A stretch of DNA of 64,000 nucleotides from Octopus vulgaris (Eukaryota): the NCBI GenBank assembly GCA_951406725.2, contig OX597816.1, forward strand, positions 35,588,001-35,652,000. Reading direction: 5' to 3'. The notes beneath the pieces were generated by a model. That model made no database searches, was not told where the DNA came from, and worked only from the letters and a program-made list of their open reading frames with translations. How positions within the stretch are numbered: position 1 is the stretch's first letter; the number at the start of each line of letters is the position of its first letter. The position numbers and the translations under genes were made by a program. Positions 40,799 to 53,984 of this stretch are shown here, in pieces.

Positions 40799-41824
40799 TA
40801 TTCTGCAGAGACCTGAATAGGGGGAAATCCGAAGGAGCAATATCTGGTGCCTATGGAGGGTGGGATAACACATTCCAGCCGAGCTGCAGCAATTTTTGTC
40901 TGGTTCCCAATTAAACGTGCGGTGTTGCATTATCCTGTTGAAAAACAACACCCTACCTGTTGGCAAATTCTGGACATTTCTCTTGAATTACTGCTTTTAA
41001 CTCGTCCAGTTGTGTGCAAATTTCTCAGAAATGCTGGTTACTTGGAGAAGCTCATAGTACGGAATTCCTTTCCAGTCCCACCAGACAGAAAGCAAGACAT
41101 TTTTAGGGTGAAGACCCGCTTTTGGGGTGACTAAGGGTGGCTCATATCGCTTAATCCGGGATCGTTTTCTCTGAACATTTCGGTAGATAATCCATTTCAC
41201 ATAAAAAAGGCGCGCTTTCATTCCGTTTATTAAGCGAATTGGAGATGGAAATACGATCCAAAAGGTCCTTTTCACTCGACTCATGTGGTACCCAAACATC
41301 GTAGCGATTTGTGTACCCAAGCTTTACCACGTGCTCATGAACGACGGATTTTGATAGGGTGAGGCTTTCTGCCAATTTACGGGTTGTGCAATGTGGGTTA
41401 TTCTCCTTTAATGAATGGATTTGGTCATCATCTGTAGTGGATGGTCTTCCTGATTGCTCTTTATCAATACGGCTACAATCTCCAGCTCGGAACCTTGTGA
41501 ACCACTTCCGTACTGTTCTTTCGGATAAAGAAACATCACCGTAAACTGCGCATATTTCTTTGGTTGCTTGTGAGGCATTTTTCCCTTTTCGGAAAAGGAA
41601 AAGCATCAAGTGCCGAAAATAAACTTTCTTATCTTTCATTTTAAAAGGTTACAGAATTAACACAGGTTATAAGAACATAAGCCTTCTTCCATGAATAAAT
41701 ACCTTAAACTGTGCGCTAAATGGAGGTGTAGTCAAATCCTATTTTATGGACTCAACCATTTTCTAAAATAAGTCGAAATGTAAACTACTATAAATCGGCA
41801 CGAACTTTCCGGACAAACCCAATA
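40799..41824 (-). mobile_element. Defective mariner (DD34D) transposon, one ITR retained
   Basis: ORF 41639-41151 with Mos1-type HTH (KNASQATKEIC.VYG..LSERTVRKWF.RFRAG, SGRP, WVPHE); LHPKNVLLSVWWDWKG; QQDNATPH; PP*APDIAPSDFPLFRSLQN; ITR tattgggtttgtccggaaagttcgtgccgattt at 41792-41824. Confidence 0.92.
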
Positions 41825-41829
41825 CTTAC

Positions 41830-42730
41830 TGTGTCTACCAGTGTGCCAAGTTGAGCTTCGTTTTCTTTCCATAAAACTTTGAGTCGTCCATGTCTAGCGA
41901 ACGGTTAAACCATGCCATTCAATTTCCCAAATAATATCCTGCTTTAGCAATTCCCATACTCCAGACAGGGGTATTATTATCAGCACAAGCAGGAGTGGTG
42001 AGATTTACACAATGACATTCCTGCAGGTGCAGATTCTGTCTTACAGGTTGCCATACTTATTTTTAACATCTTTTCTACATTCTTTACCACACCAAATTTG
42101 TCCCCTCATTTCTCTACCCAGCTGTGAGTTGTAAAAACACATCTTTTTGTAATCTATCCACGCAACACCTAGACCTGTTCCTAGTCTTCTTTTGCAGTTC
42201 CTCAGTAATATCTTGTCTATAAACACTTGATTATTTTGTCCCCCACGGCCTGCGTTTCCAACCCTTCTACTCATATGGTAATAACCTTTCATTATCCACA
42301 AATTTGTACAGTTGGTTAGCAGTTTCAACATGACCCGTAATTGGTTAGCATGCCACTGGTCGATAGTTTGACACTTCATTACGCTTTTGCACGTGGTTCA
42401 AGAATAACGTTGTTCTTCCATAAAGAGTTGAAAATCACTCCAATTCAGAATTCTTTGGAATTAGCATGTAAAACTCAAGTGGCATGAAGTAAATACTCTA
42501 ATCTAATATCCCGGCAATGCACGGGGCCTGGTGTCTCCCGATTTCTCATTTGTCTTATTTGTTTCTTTATGTTATTGCACTGTTTTCTTGCCTGATTTTT
42601 ATCTTGTCTTCAATTCTTCCCATCCAATTAGTTTCATTATTATGCACAGCACTGGTCAATATCAGATCTCACTCAAAAACCGTACACACTTTTTCGTATT
42701 CGGTATGATAACGTTGTCTTGAATCTCTTT
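41830..42730 (-). pseudogene. Degraded R4/Dong-like RT fragment
   Basis: NQVFIDKILLRNCKRR..GLGVAWIDYKK motif. Confidence 0.6.
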
Positions 42731-42821
42731 CTTTAAACTTGCCAATTATCATCAACTTCATCATCATCATCATCATCACCCCCCCCACAACCACCACCAC
42801 CACCACCACCTCCACCACCAC

Positions 42822-42865
<44 letters not shown>

Positions 42866-42927
42866 ACACCATTGTAATCATCACCACCATCATCATCATC
42901 ATCATCATTTTCATCATTGTTATCGTC

Positions 42928-43022
<95 letters not shown>

Positions 43023-43189
43023 ACTTCGTTTTTTTATCTGGTGTATATTAATTAGTAGGAAATTTAGCCAATTGAGTAATAATAAAAAGAAGTAGAACTG
43101 AACAAGCATGTGTGTTAATAGTATTGTCATGTCCCTAGGCATAACAACATTATTATTATTATTTTAATTAGTATTATTGTTATTCCTTC

Positions 43190-44226
43190 GTAAAACAGTG
43201 AAGGTAAAAATGCACCGGTGTCGTTAGTCATTTGTGAAGTCACAACAATGATCTCAGACAGATAATACTTTCTTAAGATGTGCGCTGTGCCAAATAAGGC
43301 TGTTTTTTGCAGGACATTAATCTTGCATGGGATTTCCAGTTGTCTTAAGAAGTTTTGAAGTTTCAATGGGATTCATCCCAACGCTCCGATCACCACTGGT
43401 ATCACTTTTACAATACCCTCTCGCATTCCATACAGTATTGCCATTTCCACTTTCAATTCGGAATAATTGGGGATTTTTTTTCAACGTCTTTACTCACAAC
43501 ATTCATGTCATTTGGTATCGTTGCATCAATGATCTGACAGCATTTATCTCTCTTATTCAATATAACAATATCCGGCCGACGCTGATCGATTTACGATCCG
43601 TCTAAAAATCATAGTCCCAGAGTATCGTTACTTTTCCATCCTCCTGCATAACTTTACTTGGTACATGTTCATATCAGTTTTCAAATACTTCATATAGGTA
43701 TTTAAAGCATAGAACCAATGGATATACACACACATTTATCCGGGCGGTGTTTGTATTCTTTTTGTGCAAGTCTCTCAAATCCACTTTACCAAATGAGTCA
43801 CATTTTCCACACTCTTTCCATTATACAGTGTCTCCATGTCTGAGTGTCAAAAGTTTCATAGATGTTGTACTTCACTGAATTGGTGACGAGACCCTGGTCT
43901 TGTGCAGCAATGATCAAGCTTTCGGTGGTACGCTTCAAATCATCTCGCTTAAGCCATGCTCACTATGCTGTATTATCCTTAAATTTCTGTGTATTTCTTT
44001 CAAACTCTCCATGCATTCTCATTTCAAGGTTTTCCTTTCTCTTCTCCTCAGGTCTTGGGATAAACTCTTCCTTGCTCATCATTTCATCCGCATTTACACC
44101 CATATCTTTCGCGGTATATTGCAGATGTCTTCATCAAATACTCGGCAGGCGTTCTCCTTTCACTACTTATACAATGGTCTATACTAATTAGTCCGATGCC
44201 ACCAATCCTTTTCATATACAGTCTCG
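43190..44226 (-). mobile_element. R4/Dong-like LINE 3' fragment (same family as 12654-13875)
   Basis: RLYMKRIGGIGLIS, LQKTALFGTAHILRK; colinear DNA similarity to 12700-13630. Confidence 0.85.
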
Positions 44227-44252
44227 TTATCATTATTATTATTATTATTATT

Positions 44253-46503
44253 CTATGTTTGACTTTTGCTTTATATTTGTACAAGTTGGCTCCAAGTCTC
44301 ACCCAGAGACCTCAAGAGACAACAGGGTTGGAAGTTCATGTTGTTGTTATGCCTAGTGTGCCATATATTTGGGGGTGGGGATGTTGTACTAATGAATGTC
44401 TAAAAAAAAAAGTTTTTTTTTTTTTTTTTTTTTAAACCGAAAATTATGTTTGTTTTAAACCTTGAGATTACATAGAGAGTATTTTGCGTAGGATATGAGC
44501 AGTTCCCATGAGCACTATCTTTTGAACTTCTGCCATTTTTGGGTTTCCTGGTATCTGAGTTAGGTAGCTATCAGCCCCTTTTGCTATCATTCCCAGGGCA
44601 CCTATGACAACAGGTATTGTTTTAGTCTTCAGCTTCCACATTTTGCTGATTTCTATTTCAAGATCTTTATATTTGCTCAGTTTTTGGTAGGTCTTGACAG
44701 ATACGTTTATATCGATTGGGACAGTCATATCAATGAGGAGGCATGTTCTTTGTTTGAAGTTTTTCAATATGATGTCTGGCCTATTTGCATCTATTTTCCT
44801 GTCAGTTTGAATGGTGAAGTTCCAGAGGAGTGAGATGTGGTCATTTTCAAGCACTGGGGGTGGTTTGTGTTCCCACCAGTTTTTTTCATGGGGCAAATCC
44901 AGGTTTTTACAGATTACCCAGTGAATATATTGTGCAGCTCTATCGTGCCTGTTGAGATACTCTGTAGGCGCTAGAAGACTGCACTTGGAGACCACATGGT
45001 CAATGGTTTCATTTTGTTGCTTGCATACACGACACGTTGGACTGCTTCTGATCTTTAATATGTTGGCCTGGTAGTTTCTTGTTGGTAGGCATTGATCTTG
45101 AGCTGCTATGATAAACCCCTCTGTTTCAGATTTTAAGCCAGAGGCCATTAGCCATTGATGGGTCAGGGCTTTATTGATATCTGCATTATTCGCTCTCTCT
45201 GGGTATTTGCCATAGAGAGGTTTTTCTTGCCATTTATTATTCAGAATATCTAAGGCCGCAGTTTTGGCACGGGTTTTCATGCGCCTAGCTTTTTCTGTGC
45301 TTGTTTCTTGTATATCTATCTCTAATTCCGAAATTGGTTGTATTCGGAGTTCACTTAGATATTCCTTTGCCTGTTTTGTGACTGAGTATGATGCTTTCTT
45401 GTTTTCATGTTTTGAGACAAGTTTTAGCATCCAGTCCTCAGAGTTTTTCAGGTAGGTGTCTAGGCCAATTGTAGCAATCTTCATTGTTATTGCCAGTTGC
45501 AAAAGACCACGGCCTCCTCTTTTCTTGGCAGATAGAGTCGTTCTGTATCTGCCTTAGGGTGGTGCATTCTATGCATTGTCAACAGTTTCCTTATTTTTCT
45601 GTCGAGCTGACATATTTCAGTAATTGACCAGTTAACAATATTGAAACTGTAAGTCACGACTGGTATAGCTAATGCATTGATTGCTTCGATCCTGTTTCTT
45701 GCATTCAGCTCTGTCTTGAGTATTGCTCTCACTCTTCGATAGCATTCTCTCCTGATCCTTTCCTTCATCTCTGAATGCCTTATTCCGTTCCCTTCAATTA
45801 TCCCTAGGTACTTGTAGCTCTCCGCTGGGTCTAGTTCTTTTATGACATTCTGTTGGTCAAGGTTAACGTTAGATGTTTCTGTCATTTTTCCTTTGATAAA
45901 GGTAGCCTTTGCACATTTATCGAGGCCGAATTGCATTCTGATGTCGTCACTGAATTGTTTGACTATCGCTAGTAAGCCCTTGAGTTGTTGATCATTTTTT
46001 GCAAAAAGCTTTAAATCATCCATGTAAACGAGATGATTTATATTTTTATCAAACATTTTATACCCGTACTGCGCGTCATTGAGCAGCTTTGAGAGAGGTT
46101 TTAAGGATAAACAAAAGAGGAGTGGTGACAGTGAGTCACCCTGGAAAATGCCACACGAAATTTTTACATCACCAGCATTTAGGGATTCACTGTCACTGTT
46201 CAGAGTTAGTGTGGTTCTCCATGATCTCATACTTACAGTCAAGAAGTTTCGCAGAGTTGGTGCTATCTTATACATTTCAAGGCATTTCCTAATCCAGCTA
46301 TGTGGTAGGCTATCAAAAGCCTTTTTATAGTCTATCCAGGCTATTGATAAGTTTTTGTGTCGTTTGTGACAATCTTCTAAGATCATCTTATTGATGAGTA
46401 GTTGGTCTTTACAGCCGTAGGATCCACGTTTACATCCTTTCTGTTCATTAGGGAATATGCTGCTGTCTGTTAAAAAACTATAGGTATATTCCGTCAGGAC
46501 AGA

Positions 46504-46506
<3 letters not shown>
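44253..46506 (-). mobile_element. Young 5'-truncated R4/Dong-like LINE inserted in (TAA)n
   Basis: Nearly intact RT-CCHC-REL coding region, 3' UTR 44253-44467, (TAA)n on both sides. Confidence 0.95.
44468..46506 (-). CDS. RT + CCHC + restriction-like endonuclease (one frameshift near 45516)
   Basis: EQKGC, WIDYKKAFDS, GIFQGDSLSPLLF, YMDDLKL, YKYLG, RLYLPRKE/GRGL, CRVCKQQNETIDHVVSKC, RHD, NRPDII, LIDMTVP, KLSKYKDL. Confidence 0.92.
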
Positions 46507-46586
<80 letters not shown>

Positions 46587-46609
46587 TATTATAATTATTA
46601 TTATTAGAT

Positions 46610-47385
46610 GAGAACTCACAGCTTATTTTGCTGGGTATGATGGAAAGTGCCCACAGCCAGCAGGCTAATATGACACATATTTACTGGTCATGCTTCAAGA
46701 ACCCGGCGAAGAATTCTTGTGGTTCTAAGCAATGCTGATTTTTGTAGGAGTTCTACCTTCACACTTGAACCGATCTTTTTCAGCCATGTTGGTAGCCGAT
46801 ACTTCCAAGTGAATCATTTATTATTAGCATGACGTCTACTCCCTTCATTGACCACAACCTTCGTATTTTCCACTTTAAAACTTCGAAGCTGCTTAATTTT
46901 CCTTCTTCTTTCACAGTCATTCTGTTGTCACCGGGGCACCCTATGTCAATAACCATATATGTTCTTTCTTTTTTATTCAGAACAACAATATCCAGTTTCC
47001 TAAGTCTGGTTAAGTGATCGCACTAGATCATTACAAAACACAGGATTTTGTAGTTCTCATTTTCGGTGACTCCTTGTTTTGATTTTTTCCATACAACATC
47101 TTTCCTTTTTGTAGATCGTTATTTCCACAGAGCTCCTAATGGATCATTCTTGCCACATTGCCATGGGGTCTTTTGTATTCGCGTTGTGCTAATTTCGGGC
47201 ATTCGCTAACGATGTGCTATACCGTTTAACCCCTCTCAGTTCACATTCTGCATTTGTCACTATCGGTAGTGTTGTCAATTCTGCACTTCATATAATGGTC
47301 CTTAACGCCTGTTCTTGAGCTGCGCATATGAATGCTACTGTCACTTCTATTCCATAGCCAACGGACCACTGTATCTGCCATTATT
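46610..47385 (-). pseudogene. Degraded REL-LINE 3' fragment (R4/NeSL group)
   Basis: KCRIDNTTDSDKCRM, HIVSECPKLAQREYKR; bounded by (ATT)n and (ACT)n. Confidence 0.65.
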
Positions 47386-47399
47386 ATTGTTATTGTTAT

Positions 47400-47488
<89 letters not shown>

Positions 47489-47509
47489 TTATTATTATTA
47501 TAGAAGATG

Positions 47510-49240
47510 TATAGCGTTCAGTGTTGAGATGTAGATTGAAGATATGTGTACCGGTTATTTGTGCTGACTCTGTAGTCACAGCAAAGAACTCAGACAGACG
47601 GTAATTCACGCACTAAGCGTGGAGTTACAAGTAAAGCCAATTTCTGCAAGACACCAAGATTGTAGTTTAATTGTGAATTAACCAAGTCTTTCTTCAGTTT
47701 GGCTGGTATTGAAGCCAAATGTTCCGACGACAACAAGAACAAACGTTATATTCGTCTCTCGCCGTTGCCACTTCTTAGCGATCTCAAATTTCATGTCTCC
47801 ATATTTGTGGACCTTCATTGTTTTTGGCGTCACAATATGTTGAACGTCTGGCTCTGTCACGTCGATTATTAGGCGCTCTTGATTCTTCCACCTAAAGGTC
47901 GCTATATCCGACCTTCGGGGGTTGAACATATTGCATATCTGGAAATCGAGGTGCCAGAGGATTTTTGTCTTCTCGTTCTTGTCGATTGCTTTTTTAATTG
48001 TATATTAAAGAAAACACCCGTTCCCTCGTATCCACACTTCGGGCACAATAGCCAGCAAAGCTTTTGAACTACATGTTGTGTCTGCGCTTATAGTATTTCT
48101 GTGCAAGGCTTTCAAACGTGTTAACAATGCAAGTCACGCTTTCGACCTTCTTCCCACACATTCTGCAAAAGTAGGTTGCCCCTCTGGGTTATATATCCCT
48201 TTTCTCAGAGTTGATATTCCATGCATTGTCCTATGCAGCGATGACTAAACTTTCAGTCTTCATTTTTTTTCCGTCCTGGTCTTTTAAATAGTTTGTTTTC
48301 GCAATGGAAAATACGGTGTAATTCTTGCAGATTCTCGTTGGCTCTTCCTGATAGGAATTTGTTTGCACTATCAACTCCATTGTTGGCAAATCTTACTGCA
48401 TTAGAATCATACGCTAGTAGTTATTGTTTGCAGTTTACCAAATACTTAGTCAATTTTCTTCTTATACTTTCGATGCACTCCCGTGCGCTAATCAGGCCAC
48501 GTCTTCATGTAAAACCTGCCTACGTTCGCATTAGCCTGGAGGGTAACACGCATTTTCATCGTCTCTCGGGTAATGCCCTCGAGCTGGTCAATCTCTACTC
48601 GTGTCTATTTCAGAATGGGTGCACTATAGCGGACTGCCGCAATAGTTCATATATTGGCAGTCACAATGTTCCTTGACTTGAGTTTTGACTTCAAGAGAAG
48701 TTCGAGTCGCTCCAAATATACAGCGGTAAACTTGTATTTCATTTCCCAGTAAAAGTTATCGTCCAGCACCGGGATTCCAAGGTTCCACTATCATTCGGGT
48801 CTCCCATTCGCTCTTCGCTTGGCAATTCTCTGCCCCGGCAATCTACTCTTTTCGCCGTTTAGAAGTGAACACCAAAGACTTTGAGGTTTCGAATTTCATT
48901 CTTTTATCCTTGCTGCACACCTGTACAGTTTGAACCAGCCTCTCCATTTCAGGCTCTGTTTTTGCAGACAGTTTTAAATCATCCATCAAGGGAAGGTGGT
49001 TGAGAAAAGTTTCATTCTTCCTCAGGTCATTATACGAGTTGAATTAGTGTAAAACTACAGAAGGTGGGATCACAGCTATAACAAATAACAAATGTGAACA
49101 AGAATATTTCTGGAAGATTTCTCTTTCGATTGTTATCACGGTTAAGTGCTTGTTCTTACAGAAAAAATGCGTTTTCTAGGTATCATGCTGTTCTTGATTA
49201 GTGTACGCATATTCTCAGCTATTCCAAACATGTTGAAGCA
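47510..49240 (-). pseudogene. Heavily degraded REL-LINE fragment (RT + REL)
   Basis: NHLPLMDDLKL near 48970-49003; RRSDI..LIIDVTEP..KVHKYGDMKFEIAKKW..VVVGTFG. Confidence 0.7.
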
Positions 49241-49375
49241 GTGTAAAAATAATGTTTTAATGGTTTTAATGGAACACTGGTAGCATTATTAAGATTCTTT
49301 GTTTACTCCTTCTTCTTCCTCTTCTTCATCCTACTCTCCTTCTTCTTACTATTATCATCATCATCATCATCATCA

Positions 49376-49454
<79 letters not shown>

Positions 49455-49461
<7 letters not shown>

Positions 49462-49678
49462 TAGTTTTATTTTTATTTTTTATAGCGTGCTTTCACTTCA
49501 CTACCGAGCGCAGCTCTGTGTGCCTTGGGTATGTGCTATGATTTGTTGTGATGCTCTGATGGTTATTGTATGGAAAGTGTTCTTCGTAGGATGTGTGCAG
49601 TGCCTAGTAGTGCAATTTTCTGTATGTTATATGTGTTTGTAAGTCCTGGTGTTTTTGTTATGTATTTGTCTGAATATA
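49455..49678 (-). mobile_element. REL-LINE terminal fragment
   Basis: IQKIALLGTAHILRRTLSIQ* then short 3' UTR and (TAA)n; related piece at 51712-51850. Confidence 0.8.
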
Positions 49679-49716
49679 TTATTATTATTATTATTATTAT
49701 TATTATCATTCTTATT

Positions 49717-50046
49717 ATTACTGCCTCCGAAGGCCGATGTATTGATTTCGTTTTTGTTTGTCCGTGGACAAGATATTTCAAGAACCACTGGAAGAAACTT
49801 CCAGGGACGCTTGGCCTTGTGGCAGGCACGAACTTATTAGATTTTGGGATCGATCTAGTTCCGGACAATTATTCTGGATTATTTTCCCTGTTTCTTTTTT
49901 TTACTCCATTTTTGAGAGCGGTAGGGTTCATTTTTTTAGTATTCTCGTTTGTGAGATCAGTCGAGTTTATTTCAGATATCCTCATTTTAAAAATCATTTC
50001 CGTCGAATCGTTGAGAGGACATTGGCGTTGCCTTGGCAGAGCTCTT
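49717..50046 (+). mobile_element. Helentron-associated (HINE/DINE-1-like) non-autonomous element
   Basis: Degenerate subterminal inverted pair cctccgaagg / ccttggcagag, gtttgtccg repeat, attagattttggg..gatc motif. Confidence 0.5.
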
Positions 50047-50083
50047 CTTTATCATTATTATTATTATTATGCTTATTATCATT

Positions 50084-50410
50084 AAGGCAGTAAGCTGGCA
50101 TAATCGTTAGCACGCTGAGCGAAATGCTTTGCGGTATTTCGTCTGCCGTTACGTTCTGAGTTCAAATTCCGCCGAGGTCGACTTTGCCTTTCATCCATTT
50201 GGGGTCGATTAAGTAAGTACCAGTTACGCACTGGGGTCGATATAATCGACTTAATCTGTTTGTCTGTCCTTTTTTGTCCTCTCTGTGTTTAGCCCCTTGT
50301 GGGTATTAAAGAAATAGGTATTTCATTTGTCTTCTCAATTTGAGTTCAAATTCCGTCGAGGTCAGCTTTGTTTGTTATCCTTTCGTGGTCGATAAATTAA
50401 GTACCAGTAA
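50084..50410 (+). mobile_element. Tx1-tailed Meta-like SINE followed by resumed SINE head
   Basis: Unit ends tttagccccttgtgggtattaaagaaata then restarts at ggtatttc..tgagttcaaattccg. Confidence 0.8.
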
Positions 50411-50562
50411 AACCCTCGGTGAATTTATGTAAAGAACTTCGTCTCTCCTCTCTTTCTCTCTCGCACTCTCTCTCTTCCCCTTCTTCCAATAGGTTCTCAG
50501 TGCTGCTAAAACATGGTCACTTAAAAGCTCCACCAAAAAATGAGTAAACTTTATCTAGTACA

Positions 50563-50596
<34 letters not shown>

Positions 50597-51135
50597 GAGT
50601 GAGAGAGCAGTTCATGCCATCAAAGTGACACTGGGGTAAAATATACGAAGCCCAATATACCCATCATAACTACCCGTCTGATAAGGGTACACCAGGCACA
50701 TGCATCACAACCATATGTGCGTGACATGGTGATCTCATATCAAGATAAACAGCGCATGACCTTGCAGGTGGGGCCCAGTTAGAATTTTCTTCAGGTTGAG
50801 TAGCCCATCCCGCTCAAAAGGTCCCTGAAAAAGGGTTGTTTAAGGATGTTGAAAGAACCACCCATGTTTCCAGAGGTGAATTATTCAAACCCCAAAGAAT
50901 CCCTCTCAACACATGGCTATGATGCTCCCCCACTACTTCTGCTCATGATCAGAGATGCACATATCGTCAGCCACTAAGGGACATGCTCAACTGGTTAAGG
51001 TCAAACAACTGACAAGCAAATCTGTGGTATTGAGCAGAATATTTGCTGTAGCCCATCTTTTATACCAAGACAAAACAATGTACATGATAACACTTCCAAT
51101 CAGTTAAGATGAGAAGCCATGAGAGCAACTGCCTG

Positions 51136-51137
<2 letters not shown>
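50597..51137. mobile_element. ~540-bp non-coding, comparatively GC-rich insert inside (TAA)n
   Basis: Sharp boundaries with (ATT)n on both sides; no ORF or pol III boxes recognised. Confidence 0.55.
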
Positions 51138-51221
<84 letters not shown>

Positions 51222-51243
51222 TATTATTATTATTATTATTATT

Positions 51244-51463
51244 CTATGTTTGACTTTTGCCTTACATTTGTACATGCCGGCTCCAAGTCTCACCCAGAGA
51301 CCTCAAGAGACAACAGGTTGGAAGTTGTTATGCCTAGTGTGCCATATATTTGGATTTGTAGTTAGTGTTGTACTAGTGAATGTCTAAAAAAAAACATACG
51401 AAATTTATGTTTGTTTTAAAACTTGAGATTACATAGAAAGTATTTTGCGTAGGATATGAGCAG

Positions 51464-51465
<2 letters not shown>
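51244..51465 (-). mobile_element. Severely 5'-truncated copy of the 44253-46506 Dong-like family
   Basis: Matches 44253-44505 (3' UTR + TAHILRKILSM*), flanked by (TAA)n. Confidence 0.9.
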
Positions 51466-51515
<50 letters not shown>

Positions 51516-51638
51516 TTGTTGTTGTTGTTGTTGTTTTTGTTGTTATTATTATTGTTGTTGTTGTTGTTGTTGTTGTTGTTATTATTATTATTGTTATTAT
51601 CATTGTTATTATTATTATTATTATTGTTGTTGTTGTTG

Positions 51639-51705
<67 letters not shown>

Positions 51706-51712
51706 CATCATC
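51465..51712. repeat. (ATT)n/(GTT)n mixed microsatellite
   Basis: Direct reading. Confidence 0.95.
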
Positions 51713-53543
51713 ACCTACTTTCACTGCACTACCGAGCTCAGATCTCTGTGCCTGATGTAAGTGCTGTGGTGTCTTGCGGTGCTCTTATTTTCACTGTATT
51801 GAAAGTGCATTACGTAGGATGTGTGCGGTGCCTAGTAGTGCTACTTTCTTTCGTCCTTTCGGGGTCGAAAAATATTAAGTACTAGTCAACTATTCGACTA
51901 TTCTCTTCCCATAAATTTCAGGTCTTGTGCCTATATTAGGAAGGATTATTGCTTGCTATTATGAATATTATTGCTGTGTGGGTGGTAGTGGTGTCGAGCT
52001 GCCATAAGTGTTAACTCACCGGGAAACTTCTAGTATAAATTGAATAAATCTAAGAACCATAGATGAATATATACTGAAATATTTCCGCAAGACAAAAGAG
52101 TTGACGATTGGCAAAAATTATCGTTTTTAAAGATGTTCTTAAACTGATTCTTCGGATTCATCTATGTTGAGTTTATGCTGTTTTTGTTATGAAACACAAC
52201 AGAAAATTGTACGAAATTCTATTGCAAGGCATCTAAATGGAATTCTGAAAGGCATGCCTCTCTATAAAACTCCAGTAATATTGCAGCTCTTGAAATATTA
52301 TTTGAAGAAATTGCTTCTTCATTCATTTCAGCGATTTTATTAATATTTACAAATAAGTACAAAATAGGAAACATGTGACAATTATTTGAATAAACACATG
52401 ATAACTTCTATTGACTTTTGATTTCATTTACCTTACGTTTGAACATTTCACATAATTTTGTTATGTAAAATTCTTCATAAAATTCTCTCAGAAAAAGAAG
52501 AAATGTTGACCTTTCAAAAGATCAAAGATTAAAATTAAAATGAATGTAGTCTTATTTTGTTGTGTAATACTGTTGAATCCATTTACAGCGCAAATAAAAT
52601 GTATTCGTTATCAAATTACTTATTGGTCCAAATACTAAGTGTTTTAAAAATAGATGAATATATAATATAGGTAAGCTTAATTCAAGAATCATTATCAAAA
52701 TACCGATGACCAGACAACATACAGTTTCCCAAGAAATACGTTTATATCAAATAACATAAGAAAAAATATGAAATCGACAAAATATAGCTTCAATTTCAGT
52801 AATGTTACTGATTTAATCGACTTTGACCTTTTCAAAATACGAAAAATTTGCGCTTGCATTTCTGATCTTATTGATAGATATCTATCAAACAATAATTATC
52901 TCACAATATGTTAATTTATACTCGTTTGTCTATAAGTACTGAGTTCAAATTCCACCGAGGTCTCTGTCATCGAAAACATAGGAACCCACTGAAACAAAAA
53001 AAATCGTAAATGTCTGTTTTTGTGTGTGCATGTGTGTGGGGAGGGGTCAGTGTGCGTGAGGTCCGCCGGAGAGGTGGGAAAAAATTTGAAAAAATTAAAA
53101 ATTTGGAATAAGGGGAGGCTGAGGTTGGTAAATCAAATTTGAAAAAGGTAGTTTAAAAAAAAATGCGGAAAATGTTCAAGGTGTAAAATAGTGTGAAGGG
53201 AAATAGGTGGAGTTGCATATTCGTGGCCTCCAAAATCTAGAACTTAGGAATCCGAATAAATATTTTCCAAAACTTGTATTTTTAAGGTGAGCTGTGAAAC
53301 TGTATTAGCCTCTTAAATTGTCGATAACAGGGTCGTTAAAATAAGTACCAGTTCAACACTGAGTCGATGCAATTGTCTAACACTGCCACCACTCGAATTG
53401 CTGGCTTTGTGCCGAAATCTGAAAGCAATATGTTAGTTTATACTCGTCTATCTTTACGTTGTAAGTTCAAATTACGCCGAGGTCGAGGATGTGGAACAAA
53501 TATAGTATTATTAGACGTTCAGGAACGGAAAGAAAGAAAGAGG

Positions 53544-53578
53544 ATTTAACGTTTCGAGTTGAACTCTTCATCAGAAAC
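53544..53578 (-). ncRNA. Minimal hammerhead in second copy of the 10283-10487 element
   Basis: Minus: GTTT-CTGATGA-aGAGT tca ACTC-GAAA-CG-TT-AAAT. Confidence 0.8.
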
Positions 53579-53984
53579 ATAGGAAAAGGAAAGATCCAAG
53601 GAAGGGAAGACGGAGGAAAAAAATCGCCAACGATACACACGCGGTCACAGCATAAAAACAAATAAGCCATGGTCTACTATGGGCAGGTAGAAGAGTAAAA
53701 ATTAATATTGAAACTAGATTCGATTATATTATATTAAATTTAATTTAATTAGATTGAATTAAGTTAATATAATTAAAGTGTGGATAAATGGATGTTAATG
53801 AGTACGATAGGTTATAGTGATATGACTAAGGGGATGTGATCTTAATAGACTGCATACGAACAATAATTTATTACAAAGGTATAAAACCGCATTCTATAAA
53901 TGTAATACAAGTATCTGTGAAATTGGGGGAATTAGTTGTATAGTTTTAACAAAAATATAGGGGAAATACAGGGGAAAATATATG

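Noticed and set aside
50960-51050. Weak resemblance of the 540-bp element to 28S rRNA segments
   Set aside because: The two short matches lie on opposite strands and identity is low.
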